Shown: piece by piece, positions 26,913-35,987 of the stretch | How positions within the stretch are numbered: position 1 is the first letter of the stretch | Layout: each line of letters starts with the position of its first letter | From: Candidatus Omnitrophota bacterium | GTDB lineage: Bacteria; Omnitrophota; Gorgyraeia; Zapsychrales; Zapsychraceae | Direction: 5' to 3' | Length of the DNA stretch: 64,000 bases | Assembly: GCA_020632515.1 (NCBI GenBank) | Contig: JACKFK010000006.1 | Span: 11,876 to 75,875, forward strand | The notes under the pieces: generated by a model | What the model was told of the DNA's origin: nothing | The model's database searches: none | What the model saw: only the letters and a program-made list of their open reading frames with translations | Position numbers and translations under genes: made by a program

Positions 26913-28196
26913 ATGAAGTTTTTGTTTATTTCAATTGATGCGTTAATTAATGATATTGCCTGGCATGTTCATAAAGAAGGACATGAAGTAAAATACTTTA
27001 TCAAGAATAAAGATGTGCGGGATATTGCTGATGGGTTTGTGGATAAGACAGATGATTGGAGAAAAGAAGTTGATTGGGCGGATATTATTGTCTTTGATGA
27101 TGTGTTAGGTCAGGGAAAGTATGCGGATGAGCTTCGGAAAAAAGGGAAGTTGGTAATTGGCGGTACTGAATATACTGATCGATTAGAAGATGATCGTACA
27201 TTTGGGCAAGAAGAAATGAAGAAGGTAGGGGTAAATATTATTCCTTACGTGGAGTTTACTTCTTTTGACGAAGCTATTGATTATGTGAAGAAAAATCCAA
27301 GTCGGTATGTTATTAAGCCCAGTGGAGAAGCTCAAAATATTAAACGGCTTTTGTTTGTTGGGGAACAAGAGAATGGGGAAGATGTGATTCAGGTATTAGA
27401 AGGTTATAAACGGGCTTGGTCAAAATATATTAAGGTATTTCAATTACAGAAACGGGTTTCTGGTGTTGAGATTGCCGTCGGAGCTTTCTTTAACGGAGAT
27501 TCATTTATTTTTCCTATAAATATTAATTTTGAGCATAAAAAGTTATTTCCAGGAAATATCGGCCCTTCAACCGGCGAAATGGGAACCTTTATGTATTGGA
27601 GTGGAGAAAATAAAATCTTTAATGCAACATTAAAGAAAATGGAACCAAAGTTAAAAGAAGAAGGGTATGTTGGATATATTGATATAAACTGCATTGTTAA
27701 CGCCAATGGAATTTATCCTTTAGAGTTTACATCCCGTTTTGGCTATCCAACGATTAATATTCAACAAGAGGGTATCTTGATGCCTATTAGTGAATTTTTC
27801 TATGGATTAGCGGCAAAAACATTAAAGACCTTTAAAACAAGGGGAGGTTTTCAAGTCGGCGTACGGATTGTTGTTCCCCCATATCCATTTAATGATCAAC
27901 AGACTTTTAAAAATTGTTCTAAAGATGCTGTTATATTTTTTAAGAAACCGAATTTCGAAGGTGTGCATATTGTTGATGTGAAAAAGATTAATGATCAATG
28001 GCTGGTTGCTGGAGATACAGGGGTCGTATTAGTTATTTGTGGAACAGGATCTACTTTAAAGCAGGCTAAGTCGCAGGCGTATAACCGCGTGAACAATATT
28101 ATGATACCAAGTATGTATTATCGAACAGATATTGGTGATCGCTGGTATGAAGACAGTGATAAATTACATGCTTGGGGTTATTTGAGGGAAGTATAA
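26913..28196 (+). CDS. PurD-like ATP-grasp protein of unknown specificity (paralogue of phosphoribosylamine-glycine ligase)
   Basis: ATP-grasp core (YVIKPSGEAQNIKRLLFVG...VFQLQKRVSGVEIAVGAFFNG...YIDINCIV...PLEFTSRFGYP) and a PurD-like C-terminus (YYRTDIG). It lacks the PurD N-terminal GSGGREHA loop found in the true purD at 62689. A GGAGG RBS is present. Confidence 0.6.
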   Translation: MKFLFISIDALINDIAWHVHKEGHEVKYFIKNKDVRDIADGFVDKTDDWRKEVDWADIIVFDDVLGQGKYADELRKKGKLVIGGTEYTDRLEDDRTFGQEEMKKVGVNIIPYVEFTSFDEAIDYVKKNPSRYVIKPSGEAQNIKRLLFVGEQENGEDVIQVLEGYKRAWSKYIKVFQLQKRVSGVEIAVGAFFNGDSFIFPININFEHKKLFPGNIGPSTGEMGTFMYWSGENKIFNATLKKMEPKLKEEGYVGYIDINCIVNANGIYPLEFTSRFGYPTINIQQEGILMPISEFFYGLAAKTLKTFKTRGGFQVGVRIVVPPYPFNDQQTFKNCSKDAVIFFKKPNFEGVHIVDVKKINDQWLVAGDTGVVLVICGTGSTLKQAKSQAYNRVNNIMIPSMYYRTDIGDRWYEDSDKLHAWGYLREV

Positions 28197-29552
28197 ATGA
28201 ATAAACGGCCGTGGATTTCATTAAAGCGTAAGATTATAAAGGGCGATGTAAAAAAACTGGTTGATTTTCTGCAATCAATTTCGTCTTCTGAGAAAGCGCG
28301 AGCGCTTTCTAGAATTGATAAAGAAAATATTTCTAAGCTTCTTCAATTATTACCGCACGATGAATCAGCAGATTTAATTAAAGATTTGCCTAATGAACAG
28401 GCTGCCGGATTAATGGAGGGGATTTCTCCAAATGATGCGGCTAAGATCGTTGATCTTTTGCCTAAGAAGGATCAGATTGATATATTAAATGACTTTTCTT
28501 CACCAGCCTCAGCACTTGCGTTAATTGAAACAATGCCATTTGAAGAAGCTGAAGAAACACGACGCATGTTGAAGTACAGTGAGAATACTGCTGGTGGAAT
28601 GATGGGTACGGAATATTTGGCCTTTTCGGAAAATATGACAGTTGGAGAGGTGATTGATAATTTGCAGGCGAATAGTGATAAGTATTCAGATTATGATGTG
28701 CAATATGCCTATATTATTAACGGTGAGAATAAATTGAAAGGTGTTTTGCGTCTTAGAGAATTATTGTTGTCTTCGCGAAATAGTTTAGTGAAAAATATTA
28801 TGATTTCTGATCCAATTAAAATCTCAGTTGAAACAAAAATTGATGAATTGATAGATATTTTTGAAGAATGCGATTTTGTCGGCATTCCAGTTGTTGACCA
28901 GCGTAATCATCTGTTGGGGATTGCCCGGCGATATGAAATTATGGAGGCGATGGGAGAGCGTGAGACAGATACATTTCTTAAATCCAGTGGTATTATAGGT
29001 GGAGAAGAGTTGCGTTCCATGCCTTTATTGAAACGTTCTGGACGAAGGTTGTCTTGGTTAAGCGTGAATATTATTTTGAATATACTTGCGGCCAGCGTTA
29101 TTGCCTTTTATCAAGATACTCTTTCTTCAGTCATTGCTTTGGCGGTTTTTTTGCCGATTATCTCGGACATGAGCGGATGTTCTGGGAATCAGGCTGTTGC
29201 AGTCAGTATTAGAGAATTAACTATGGGGATAACTAAGCCATCAGATTTATTCAATGTGTTATTGAAAGAATGTAATATGGGTATAATTAATGGATTTATA
29301 TTGGGGATTTTATTGGCGATTGTGGCGATGTTTTGGAAAGGGAATCCATATTTAGGATTGGTTGTCGGCGGAGCGTTGATGGTAAATACGTTGGTGTCTG
29401 TATGTATTGGCGGGATTATTCCGTTGGTTTTAAAAAAGTTTAAGAAAGATCCTGCTTTAGCATCTGGACCAATATTAACTACTATAACGGATATGTGCGG
29501 TTTTTTCTTTGTTTTGGCTTTTGCAACGAAGATGTTGCCGTTAATTCATTAA
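28197..29552 (+). CDS. mgtE: Magnesium transporter MgtE
   Basis: MgtE N-domain, a CBS pair, and a TM domain with PIISDMSGCSGNQA and DPALASGPILTTITDMCGF. Confidence 0.9.
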   Translation: MNKRPWISLKRKIIKGDVKKLVDFLQSISSSEKARALSRIDKENISKLLQLLPHDESADLIKDLPNEQAAGLMEGISPNDAAKIVDLLPKKDQIDILNDFSSPASALALIETMPFEEAEETRRMLKYSENTAGGMMGTEYLAFSENMTVGEVIDNLQANSDKYSDYDVQYAYIINGENKLKGVLRLRELLLSSRNSLVKNIMISDPIKISVETKIDELIDIFEECDFVGIPVVDQRNHLLGIARRYEIMEAMGERETDTFLKSSGIIGGEELRSMPLLKRSGRRLSWLSVNIILNILAASVIAFYQDTLSSVIALAVFLPIISDMSGCSGNQAVAVSIRELTMGITKPSDLFNVLLKECNMGIINGFILGILLAIVAMFWKGNPYLGLVVGGALMVNTLVSVCIGGIIPLVLKKFKKDPALASGPILTTITDMCGFFFVLAFATKMLPLIH

Positions 29553-29589
29553 TTTAGACTAAGATTTTTTTTGGAATACGACTGTAATA

Positions 29590-31275
29590 ATGGAAAAATT
29601 CTTTTTACGTGCAATTCGGCGTGTATCGGAAAATCCTTTAAGTAGTTTATTAATTGTTGCGTTGTTAACGATTATTGCGTTCAGTAATATTTTTCAAAAT
29701 AAATTTGTATTGGACGATTTTGATTTTATTGTTAATTGGCCTTTAATCCAAGATCTAAGAAACATCCCATATTTTTTTATTAACTACGTAACACCCCCTG
29801 GTCAAGATGGAATTTATTCCCCGTTAAAAACTTTTATTCATGCAATCAATTTTAATTTGTTTGGATTAAATCCATTTGGATACCATATTTTTTCTATTGG
29901 TATTCATCTGCTGGGTACGTTTTTTACTTATAGGATTATTTTTTTGCTTACGGATAATCGATTGATTGCGTTTTTAGGAAGTTTATTCTTTGGTGTTCAT
30001 CCGATTCATGCAAACATTATCACAAACATGACGGGAAGTGTTGATGCTGCGGGTATTGTTTTTGGTTTTATATCTTTTTATTTTTATATTCAAGCGCATC
30101 TGAGAAAGGTTCATTTTTCAAATAAGGATTATATTCTTTCCTTAGTATTCGCCTTAATATCAATTTTTACTCATGAATTAATGATTTCCTTGCCGATTTT
30201 ATTTCTTTGGTACGAATTCTGTTTTTATAGAAACAAGTATTCTACGAAAGAGATTTTATTTAGGATTATGCCTCTTTTTGGTATCGTATTCTTCTATGTT
30301 TTAGCTAAGTATATTGTTCTCGGGGCTATTACGCGAGGGCGGTACATTAATGACAGTTTTTATTTAACTATGTTAGTAATTATTAAGGCTTGGGCAAAGT
30401 ATGTCATTATTACTATATTTCCATTTAGACTTACACATAACCATATTATATCTAAGGGAATATTTTCTTATGATCCTGATGATTTTGATAAGTTTGAAGT
30501 TTTATCCCAGTCTATTTTTGATCCTTATATTATTGGCTCGCTGTGCGTAATAGGAATAATTTTTTATATTGCTTATAAAGATTTTCATCGAAAACCTTTG
30601 ATTACATTTTGTATTGGATGGTTTTTTATTTGCTTATTACCTGTTTCTAATTTTATACCGAGTGGAGTGTATTTCGCCGAACGTTATTTATATCCAGGGT
30701 CTTTGACTTTTTGTTTGTTGCTTGCAAGTAGCTTTCAGTATTTAAGTAGAAGCCGATTTCAATATTTATTTAGTGCTTTTTTGATTATATTGACGGTATT
30801 CTACACGGGAAGAACTTGGACGAGAAATTTAGATTTTCGTAATGAGATTGCCTTATTTGAATCCGTGGTTAGTAGTAATCCGCAAAGCGCGGGTATGCGC
30901 AATGATTTGGGGATTGTTTATATTGAGAATGGATTATATGATCAGGCCATTAAAAGTATTCAAACAGCCATTGCTATAAAGCCGAATGATCCAGAATTTT
31001 ATATTTCATTGGCAGACGCTTATATCGGAAAAGAAGAGGATCAACAGGCTATAGCTGCGTTATCAAAAGCAGTTATGTTAGATCCTGAATTTGCGGAAGC
31101 TTATTATAATCTGGCAAGCGTTTATGCTTTCTCTAATGATGTTGATAAAGCAAAAGAGAATTTATCTTTATCTATAAAATACTTGAAGAAGAAGGGCCGT
31201 TATGAAGATGTTATAGAATATCAGAAAGCGTTTTATTCATATTTCGGTCCGAATTATGTCATAAATCCATTATGA
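29590..31275 (+). CDS. TMTC/PMT-like GT-C membrane protein with C-terminal TPR repeats
   Basis: Motifs NKFVLDDFDFIVN, GYHIFSIGIHLLG and VHPIHANIITNMTG. TPRs include RNDLGIVYIENGLYDQAIKSIQTAIAIKPND and AEAYYNLASVYA. Confidence 0.6.
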   Translation: MEKFFLRAIRRVSENPLSSLLIVALLTIIAFSNIFQNKFVLDDFDFIVNWPLIQDLRNIPYFFINYVTPPGQDGIYSPLKTFIHAINFNLFGLNPFGYHIFSIGIHLLGTFFTYRIIFLLTDNRLIAFLGSLFFGVHPIHANIITNMTGSVDAAGIVFGFISFYFYIQAHLRKVHFSNKDYILSLVFALISIFTHELMISLPILFLWYEFCFYRNKYSTKEILFRIMPLFGIVFFYVLAKYIVLGAITRGRYINDSFYLTMLVIIKAWAKYVIITIFPFRLTHNHIISKGIFSYDPDDFDKFEVLSQSIFDPYIIGSLCVIGIIFYIAYKDFHRKPLITFCIGWFFICLLPVSNFIPSGVYFAERYLYPGSLTFCLLLASSFQYLSRSRFQYLFSAFLIILTVFYTGRTWTRNLDFRNEIALFESVVSSNPQSAGMRNDLGIVYIENGLYDQAIKSIQTAIAIKPNDPEFYISLADAYIGKEEDQQAIAALSKAVMLDPEFAEAYYNLASVYAFSNDVDKAKENLSLSIKYLKKKGRYEDVIEYQKAFYSYFGPNYVINPL

Positions 31276-32009
31276 TGGACCTTTCAATCGTTATTCCGAT
31301 TTATAATGCGGCGGATATCATTCTACCAAATGTGTTTAAAATAATTCATAGTTTGCGAAAAAGTGATCTTCGATTTGAGATTTTATTACGCGATGATGGC
31401 AGCGATGACACCAGTTTAATAAAACTGGATGAAGTTGCCAGGATTTATCAAGAAGTCCGAGTTTTTTTTAATGGAGAGAATAAGGGGCTTGGCTGGACAT
31501 TACGACGGTTATTTAAAGATGCTCAAGGGCAGACTATTATTTATAGTGATTGCGATTTGCCTTTTGGTGAAGAGATTTTTCAGAGATTATATCAGGAAAA
31601 TCAAACCTGGGATGTTGTTTTAGCATCTCGCTACGGCGAGCTTCCATCGGTTATTCCGTGGCCGCGGCGTGTTGCTAGTCGGATTTATTATTGTTTTTGT
31701 TATTTGTTATTTCGCGTACCGGTTAAAGATTTAGGTTCAGGAGCGGTTGCTTTTAGAAGAAATGTGCTTACCAGTCTTAACCTTAAGTCTAAAGGATTTG
31801 ATATTCATATTGAATTATTTGTTAAAGTTAAAGCGTTAGATTTTTCTATTAAGGAATTTGCTGCACTGTCTTTTTCTGTTGGTCAAAGCAGTTTTCGGAT
31901 TTTTCGTCATGGATTTGGAATTGTTTGGGGGACGTTATTTTTTTGTTTTTTTTGGAGATGGGATAAATTTTTTAAATCGAACGAGATAAAAAATTATGAA
32001 GTTAACTAA
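31272..32009 (+). CDS. GT2-family glycosyltransferase (polyprenyl-phosphate sugar synthase-like, GtrB/Dpm1 type)
   Basis: LSIVIPIYNAA...LLRDDGSDDTS...IYSDCDLPFG (GT-A fold, DxD motif), with a C-terminal hydrophobic helix. ATGA-type overlap with the upstream gene. Confidence 0.75.
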   Translation: MMDLSIVIPIYNAADIILPNVFKIIHSLRKSDLRFEILLRDDGSDDTSLIKLDEVARIYQEVRVFFNGENKGLGWTLRRLFKDAQGQTIIYSDCDLPFGEEIFQRLYQENQTWDVVLASRYGELPSVIPWPRRVASRIYYCFCYLLFRVPVKDLGSGAVAFRRNVLTSLNLKSKGFDIHIELFVKVKALDFSIKEFAALSFSVGQSSFRIFRHGFGIVWGTLFFCFFWRWDKFFKSNEIKNYEVN

Positions 32010-32754
32010 ATTAAAAAATAGTGTTTTTATTAGGGTCTTGGTTCATAGCTTTTTGATTTTTCCTCGACGGTGGTTTGGTTTTTTGAGGATTGTCATTGCG
32101 CCTGTCTTGAGTGGGATTGTATTCAATCAATATTTTCTTGAGAATGATATTTTTATTAGAGGAATTATTCAAGCCACATCTTTAGAATTCTTTTATCTTA
32201 TTGATTTTTTATTCACATTAATTATTTTTTTTATTTTGCTTATCGCATTAACAGCCAGTGTTATTTATCTTGATACATGTGATCAAGGGGAAGATAGCGG
32301 TTTTATAAAGATTCATAAAGAATCTTTAAAGAAGACGAAAAGTTTATGCTGGGTTTTTTTGTTGTATGGCATGCATGTAGCAGTACGGTTATTGTTGTTG
32401 ATCATTCCGGGTATTTTCGCGGCAATCCATTTTAGTCTTGCGCCATTTTTAGTTATTGTTGAGAATCGTAAGGGGAAAGATGCGCTCATGGTTAGTAAGG
32501 ATTATGTGAAAAAGAATTTTAATCGATATCTGGATCCTTTGTTTTATATGATGTGTGGTATTTTTTCTTATTGTTTTGTTACTATTCTTTTTTTTGATAT
32601 CACGAATATATTAATTTATGATAAATTTGATTTAAATGTTTCGCTGTTTATTAACACGCTAGAATGGTTTTTTATTGTGAATTGTTTGTTTTTTATGATA
32701 ATTTTTTATTATCTTCTTTATAAAGAAATTAGAAATTACGACGTCAAAGAATAA
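31996..32754 (+). CDS. Polytopic membrane protein of unknown function
   Basis: Several hydrophobic helices. Overlaps the GT2 gene by 14 nt. I recognise no catalytic motif. Confidence 0.4.
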   Translation: MKLTKLKNSVFIRVLVHSFLIFPRRWFGFLRIVIAPVLSGIVFNQYFLENDIFIRGIIQATSLEFFYLIDFLFTLIIFFILLIALTASVIYLDTCDQGEDSGFIKIHKESLKKTKSLCWVFLLYGMHVAVRLLLLIIPGIFAAIHFSLAPFLVIVENRKGKDALMVSKDYVKKNFNRYLDPLFYMMCGIFSYCFVTILFFDITNILIYDKFDLNVSLFINTLEWFFIVNCLFFMIIFYYLLYKEIRNYDVKE

Positions 32755-32759
32755 AAAAT

Positions 32760-33314
32760 CTATTTGTTGTGGGTTGGTTGAATTCTTTCAATAAGGTTTT
32801 TGATTTGCGGATTATTGAGCAGTTCGTTGACTTGTTTGTTATTTTGGATTTGTGAAGGATCTCCATTAAGCAAATTCATCATAAGATTCGGATCTGAAAT
32901 TAGTTGCATAACGTTTTCGTCTTCCATCAGCTTCTGAATTTCTGTCATCATTTGCGGGTCAGACATTAATGTCTGTTGAAGCGACATCATTTGTCCCATA
33001 ATTTGAGGATTATTTAGGAGCCCGCCTAAATCCATTCCCCCGAACATTGAATTCATTTGATTAAGATTCGGCTGATTCTGAGCTGACGCCGCAACATGCC
33101 CTTGGGAGGAGATGCTGGCAATGTCAGTATCCTTTATGTTTACCGTCCCGAGATTTTCCGTAAGAATGGTGTATACGCCGTTTTTAAGTTCACGCACTTC
33201 TCCTTTTAAAATAGAGCCATCATTAAGTGTTACAGATTTAATTGATTGTGCCGCTGCTGGAAATGAAAGGAAAGTGAATAAAAGGAATAGTGTTAAAGAA
33301 TGTGATTTTGACAT
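32760..33314 (-). CDS. Secreted protein with Met/Gln/Asn-rich Sti1/ubiquilin-like (N/D)P-x-hydrophobic repeats
   Basis: Signal peptide MSKSHSLTLFLLFTFLSFPAAAQS. An N-terminal beta-rich module (VTLNDGSILKGEV...) is followed by NPQIMGQMM, DPQMMTEIQKLM, DPNLMMNLL and NPQIKNLI. Confidence 0.5.
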   Translation of the reverse strand: MSKSHSLTLFLLFTFLSFPAAAQSIKSVTLNDGSILKGEVRELKNGVYTILTENLGTVNIKDTDIASISSQGHVAASAQNQPNLNQMNSMFGGMDLGGLLNNPQIMGQMMSLQQTLMSDPQMMTEIQKLMEDENVMQLISDPNLMMNLLNGDPSQIQNNKQVNELLNNPQIKNLIERIQPTHNK

Positions 33315-33461
33315 GATTTAAGTGTATCTGAAATTATTGAAAGCGTCAATGGGAACGGGTAGCTGCCGGAGAATGGTATGATTTGATTTGTTTTGCAGGC
33401 TCATCACAAGGAGAACCTTTCTGAATGGAGGAATAAAATAAGCAATAGTCGAGTTTTTTAA

Positions 33462-33545
33462 TGCCGAGGGTGGGAATCGAACCCACATGAGGTTGCCCTC
33501 ACCGGTTTTTGAGACCGGCGCGTCTACCAATTCCGCCACCTCGGC
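33462..33545 (-). tRNA. tRNA-Leu (anticodon CAA), class II with a long variable arm
   Basis: The reverse complement GCCGAGGTGGCGGAATTGGTAGACGCGCCGGTCTCAAAAACCGGTGAGGGCAACCTCATGTGGGTTCGATTCCCACCCTCGGCA folds as a cloverleaf. Anticodon loop is CUCAAAA. CCA is not encoded. Confidence 0.9.
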
Positions 33546-33616
33546 TTAATTAGAAAAGAGAAATATGCAAGCAAAGCTGAATTTCTTACTTTGCTAAGTG
33601 AACTGCAATGCTGATT

Positions 33617-33692
<76 letters not shown>

Positions 33693-33821
33693 AATTCAAA
33701 AATTCAGCAAATAGGCTTAATTTTCAAAAATAAATGATCCTCAATATAGCATCCGGTTTTGTTCTTGTCAATAAAATGGCCAGGGATTGGTTAAAATTGA
33801 AGATGGTGATGTGTTTTCTTA

Positions 33822-33855
33822 TATGTAAACCTCTGATTGGAATTAAGTTGACAAT
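33822..33855. promoter_or_regulatory. Candidate BirA operator (bioO-like inverted repeat) upstream of the desulfurase-birA-bio operon
   Basis: aTGTAAACC-N14-aGTTGACAa at 33823-33854. This resembles the TGTAAACC-N(14-16)-GGTTTACA BirA box, and each 8-nt half has about one mismatch to a perfect palindrome. It lies 30-60 nt upstream of the ATG at 33884. Confidence 0.3.
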
Positions 33856-33883
33856 TAAGAAAAGGCAAGGTAGACTCCAAATT

Positions 33884-35023
33884 ATGAATAAAATCTATTT
33901 CGATTACGCGTCTACCACACCCTGTGATCCAGAAGTGGTTAAGGCGATGAATCCGTACTTTTATGAAAAATTCGGAAATGCTTCCAGTCCACATACTTTA
34001 GGACGTGAAAGTGCTAAAGCCCTGGAAGATGCTCGAGGTGTGTTAGCTGATTTTATAGGAGCACAAACAGGAGAAATTGTGTTTAATTCAGGCGCTACAG
34101 AGGGGAATAATCATGCGATTGGCGGAATTGTTTACAATAGAATGAATCAAGGGGATCATATTATTGTTTCAGCGATAGAACATCATTCTATTCTTGAACC
34201 GATTGAGCAATTAGTTAGAGATGGATTTAAAGCCACATTTCTTCCCGTGGATGGCAATGGATTGGTTGATCCGCAGGCTGTGGTGAAAGCGGTTACGGAT
34301 AAAACCATTTTAGTGGCAATCATGCATGCCAGCAATGAAATTGGAACAATTCAGCCGATTCAAGAAGTTAGTCAAATTACGAAAATGAGAAATATTCCTT
34401 TGCTAGTTGATGCTTGTCAAACTGTTGGGCATATTCCTGTGGATGTGAATCAATTGGGGTGTGATTTGCTGACTTTATCCGCACATAAATTTTATGGTCC
34501 GAAAGGTGTGGGGGGATTATATATTAGAGAAGGATTAGATGTAGCCCCATTTTTATTAGGGGGCGATCAAGAACGAAAGCGGCGCGCCTCTACACAGAAT
34601 ATCGCGGGAATTGTTGGTATGGCCAAAGCCATTGAAATTTGTCGAGAGAATATGGTTTCGGAGAAAAATTTACAGACACCATTGCGGGATCTTTTGTTGG
34701 AAAAAATTCCTCAACTGATAGAGGGTGTCAAAGTAAATGGAGATCGTATAAATCGTTTGCCAAACAACGCGCATTTTTCTTTTGCGGGTTTGTCGAGTGA
34801 ATCATTGTTGATGAGTTTAGATATGCAGGGGATGTATGCTTCAATGGGATCGGCTTGCACTTCAGGGGCTATGGAGCCTTCACATGTGTTGCAGGCGATC
34901 GGTGTTGATGATTCTTTGGCTATGGGCGCATTACGGATTACGATCGGCCGTTGGACAACACAAGAGCATATTGAAGATTTATTAAAAGCCCTGCCTAAAA
35001 TTGTGAAAAGTTTACGGATTTAG
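33884..35023 (+). CDS. Cysteine desulfurase (NifS/IscS class V aminotransferase)
   Basis: IYFDYASTTP, the PLP-Lys motif SAHKFYGPKGVG, and the catalytic Cys loop SMGSACTSG. Start moved to the ATG at 33884 (MNKIYFDY). Confidence 0.85.
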   Translation: MNKIYFDYASTTPCDPEVVKAMNPYFYEKFGNASSPHTLGRESAKALEDARGVLADFIGAQTGEIVFNSGATEGNNHAIGGIVYNRMNQGDHIIVSAIEHHSILEPIEQLVRDGFKATFLPVDGNGLVDPQAVVKAVTDKTILVAIMHASNEIGTIQPIQEVSQITKMRNIPLLVDACQTVGHIPVDVNQLGCDLLTLSAHKFYGPKGVGGLYIREGLDVAPFLLGGDQERKRRASTQNIAGIVGMAKAIEICRENMVSEKNLQTPLRDLLLEKIPQLIEGVKVNGDRINRLPNNAHFSFAGLSSESLLMSLDMQGMYASMGSACTSGAMEPSHVLQAIGVDDSLAMGALRITIGRWTTQEHIEDLLKALPKIVKSLRI

Positions 35024-35026
35024 TTT

Positions 35027-35974
35027 ATGCAATTAAAAATCTTACATTATTTTAAGAATAGTTCCGATTATGTTTCTGGAGAAGAAATCAGTCGGAATTT
35101 AAAAATCAGCCGCGCGGCTGTTTGGAAAAATATTGAAGAATTGCGTAAGCGCGGATATATTTTCGATGCGGTTCCACATATGGGTTATAAGTTAAAGGCT
35201 ATTCCTGATAAATTGTTAGCGCATGAAATTCAAAATGGGTTAATGACACGGTTTGTCGGGAAAAATATTGAATGCTATGATTCAATTTCTTCAACCATGG
35301 AAAAGGCCTTTGGCTTAGGTTTGGAAGGAGCTGAAGAGGGAACCGTAATTTGCGCAGAAAGTCAGACGAAAGGTAAGGGACGTCGCGGCCGTAGTTGGAG
35401 TTCTCCAAAAGGAAAAGGAATTTATGTATCAGTTATTTTACGGCCATCGTTGGCTTTGCGTGATGTGGCGAAATTGACATTATTAACGGGTGTTTGTGTC
35501 TGTGAAGCCATTAACAAGATGACGAGTTTGAAATCAACAATTAAATGGCCGAATGATGTCTTAATTAACGAAAGAAAAGTAGCCGGTATTTTAACTGAAC
35601 TTAGGGCGGAATTGGATCAAGTAAGGTTTGTTGTTGTTGGGATAGGAATTAATGTGAATACACCTCTTTCAAGTTTGCCACCGCAAGCAACGTCGATAAA
35701 ACAGGAATTCAATAAAAGCATTTCTCGTTTGGATTTGTTACGCGAAGTATTGAAACGATTGGAAGAATTATATACTGAGGTGCAGGTAAAAGGTTTTGCG
35801 CGGGTATTAAATCGGTGGAAAGAATTGTCTTCAACCTTAGGAAAGACTATTCGAATTGTAGATCAGAATGGAGAGGTTGAAGGAATAGCGGTTGATTTGG
35901 ATGATTACGGCGGAATTGTTTTGGAAGATTCAGAAGGAAAACGTGTCGTCAGAATGTCGGGTGATATCCATTGA
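35027..35974 (+). CDS. birA: Bifunctional biotin-protein ligase / biotin operon repressor
   Basis: N-terminal wHTH (SGEEISRNLKISRAAVWKNIEELRKRGY), the biotin-binding loop QTKGKGRRGRSW, and KWPNDVLINERKVAGIL. Confidence 0.9.
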   Translation: MQLKILHYFKNSSDYVSGEEISRNLKISRAAVWKNIEELRKRGYIFDAVPHMGYKLKAIPDKLLAHEIQNGLMTRFVGKNIECYDSISSTMEKAFGLGLEGAEEGTVICAESQTKGKGRRGRSWSSPKGKGIYVSVILRPSLALRDVAKLTLLTGVCVCEAINKMTSLKSTIKWPNDVLINERKVAGILTELRAELDQVRFVVVGIGINVNTPLSSLPPQATSIKQEFNKSISRLDLLREVLKRLEELYTEVQVKGFARVLNRWKELSSTLGKTIRIVDQNGEVEGIAVDLDDYGGIVLEDSEGKRVVRMSGDIH

Positions 35975-35987
35975 TGTAGGAGAATGT

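Noticed and set aside
33318-33539. 73-aa minus-strand ORF in the track (MAELVDAPVSKTGEG...)
   Set aside because: It overlaps tRNA-Leu(CAA) on the same strand. This kind of peptide is the usual translation artefact of a tRNA gene.
33734-33883. 50-codon N-terminal extension of the cysteine desulfurase. Similar extensions occur at 35892-35987 for bioF, 14263-14286 for accA, 60743-60799 for purQ and 53596-53646 for the DUF2059 protein.
   Set aside because: The family-conserved N-termini begin at internal ATGs. The extensions overlap upstream genes or promoter DNA and look like non-coding sequence read through.
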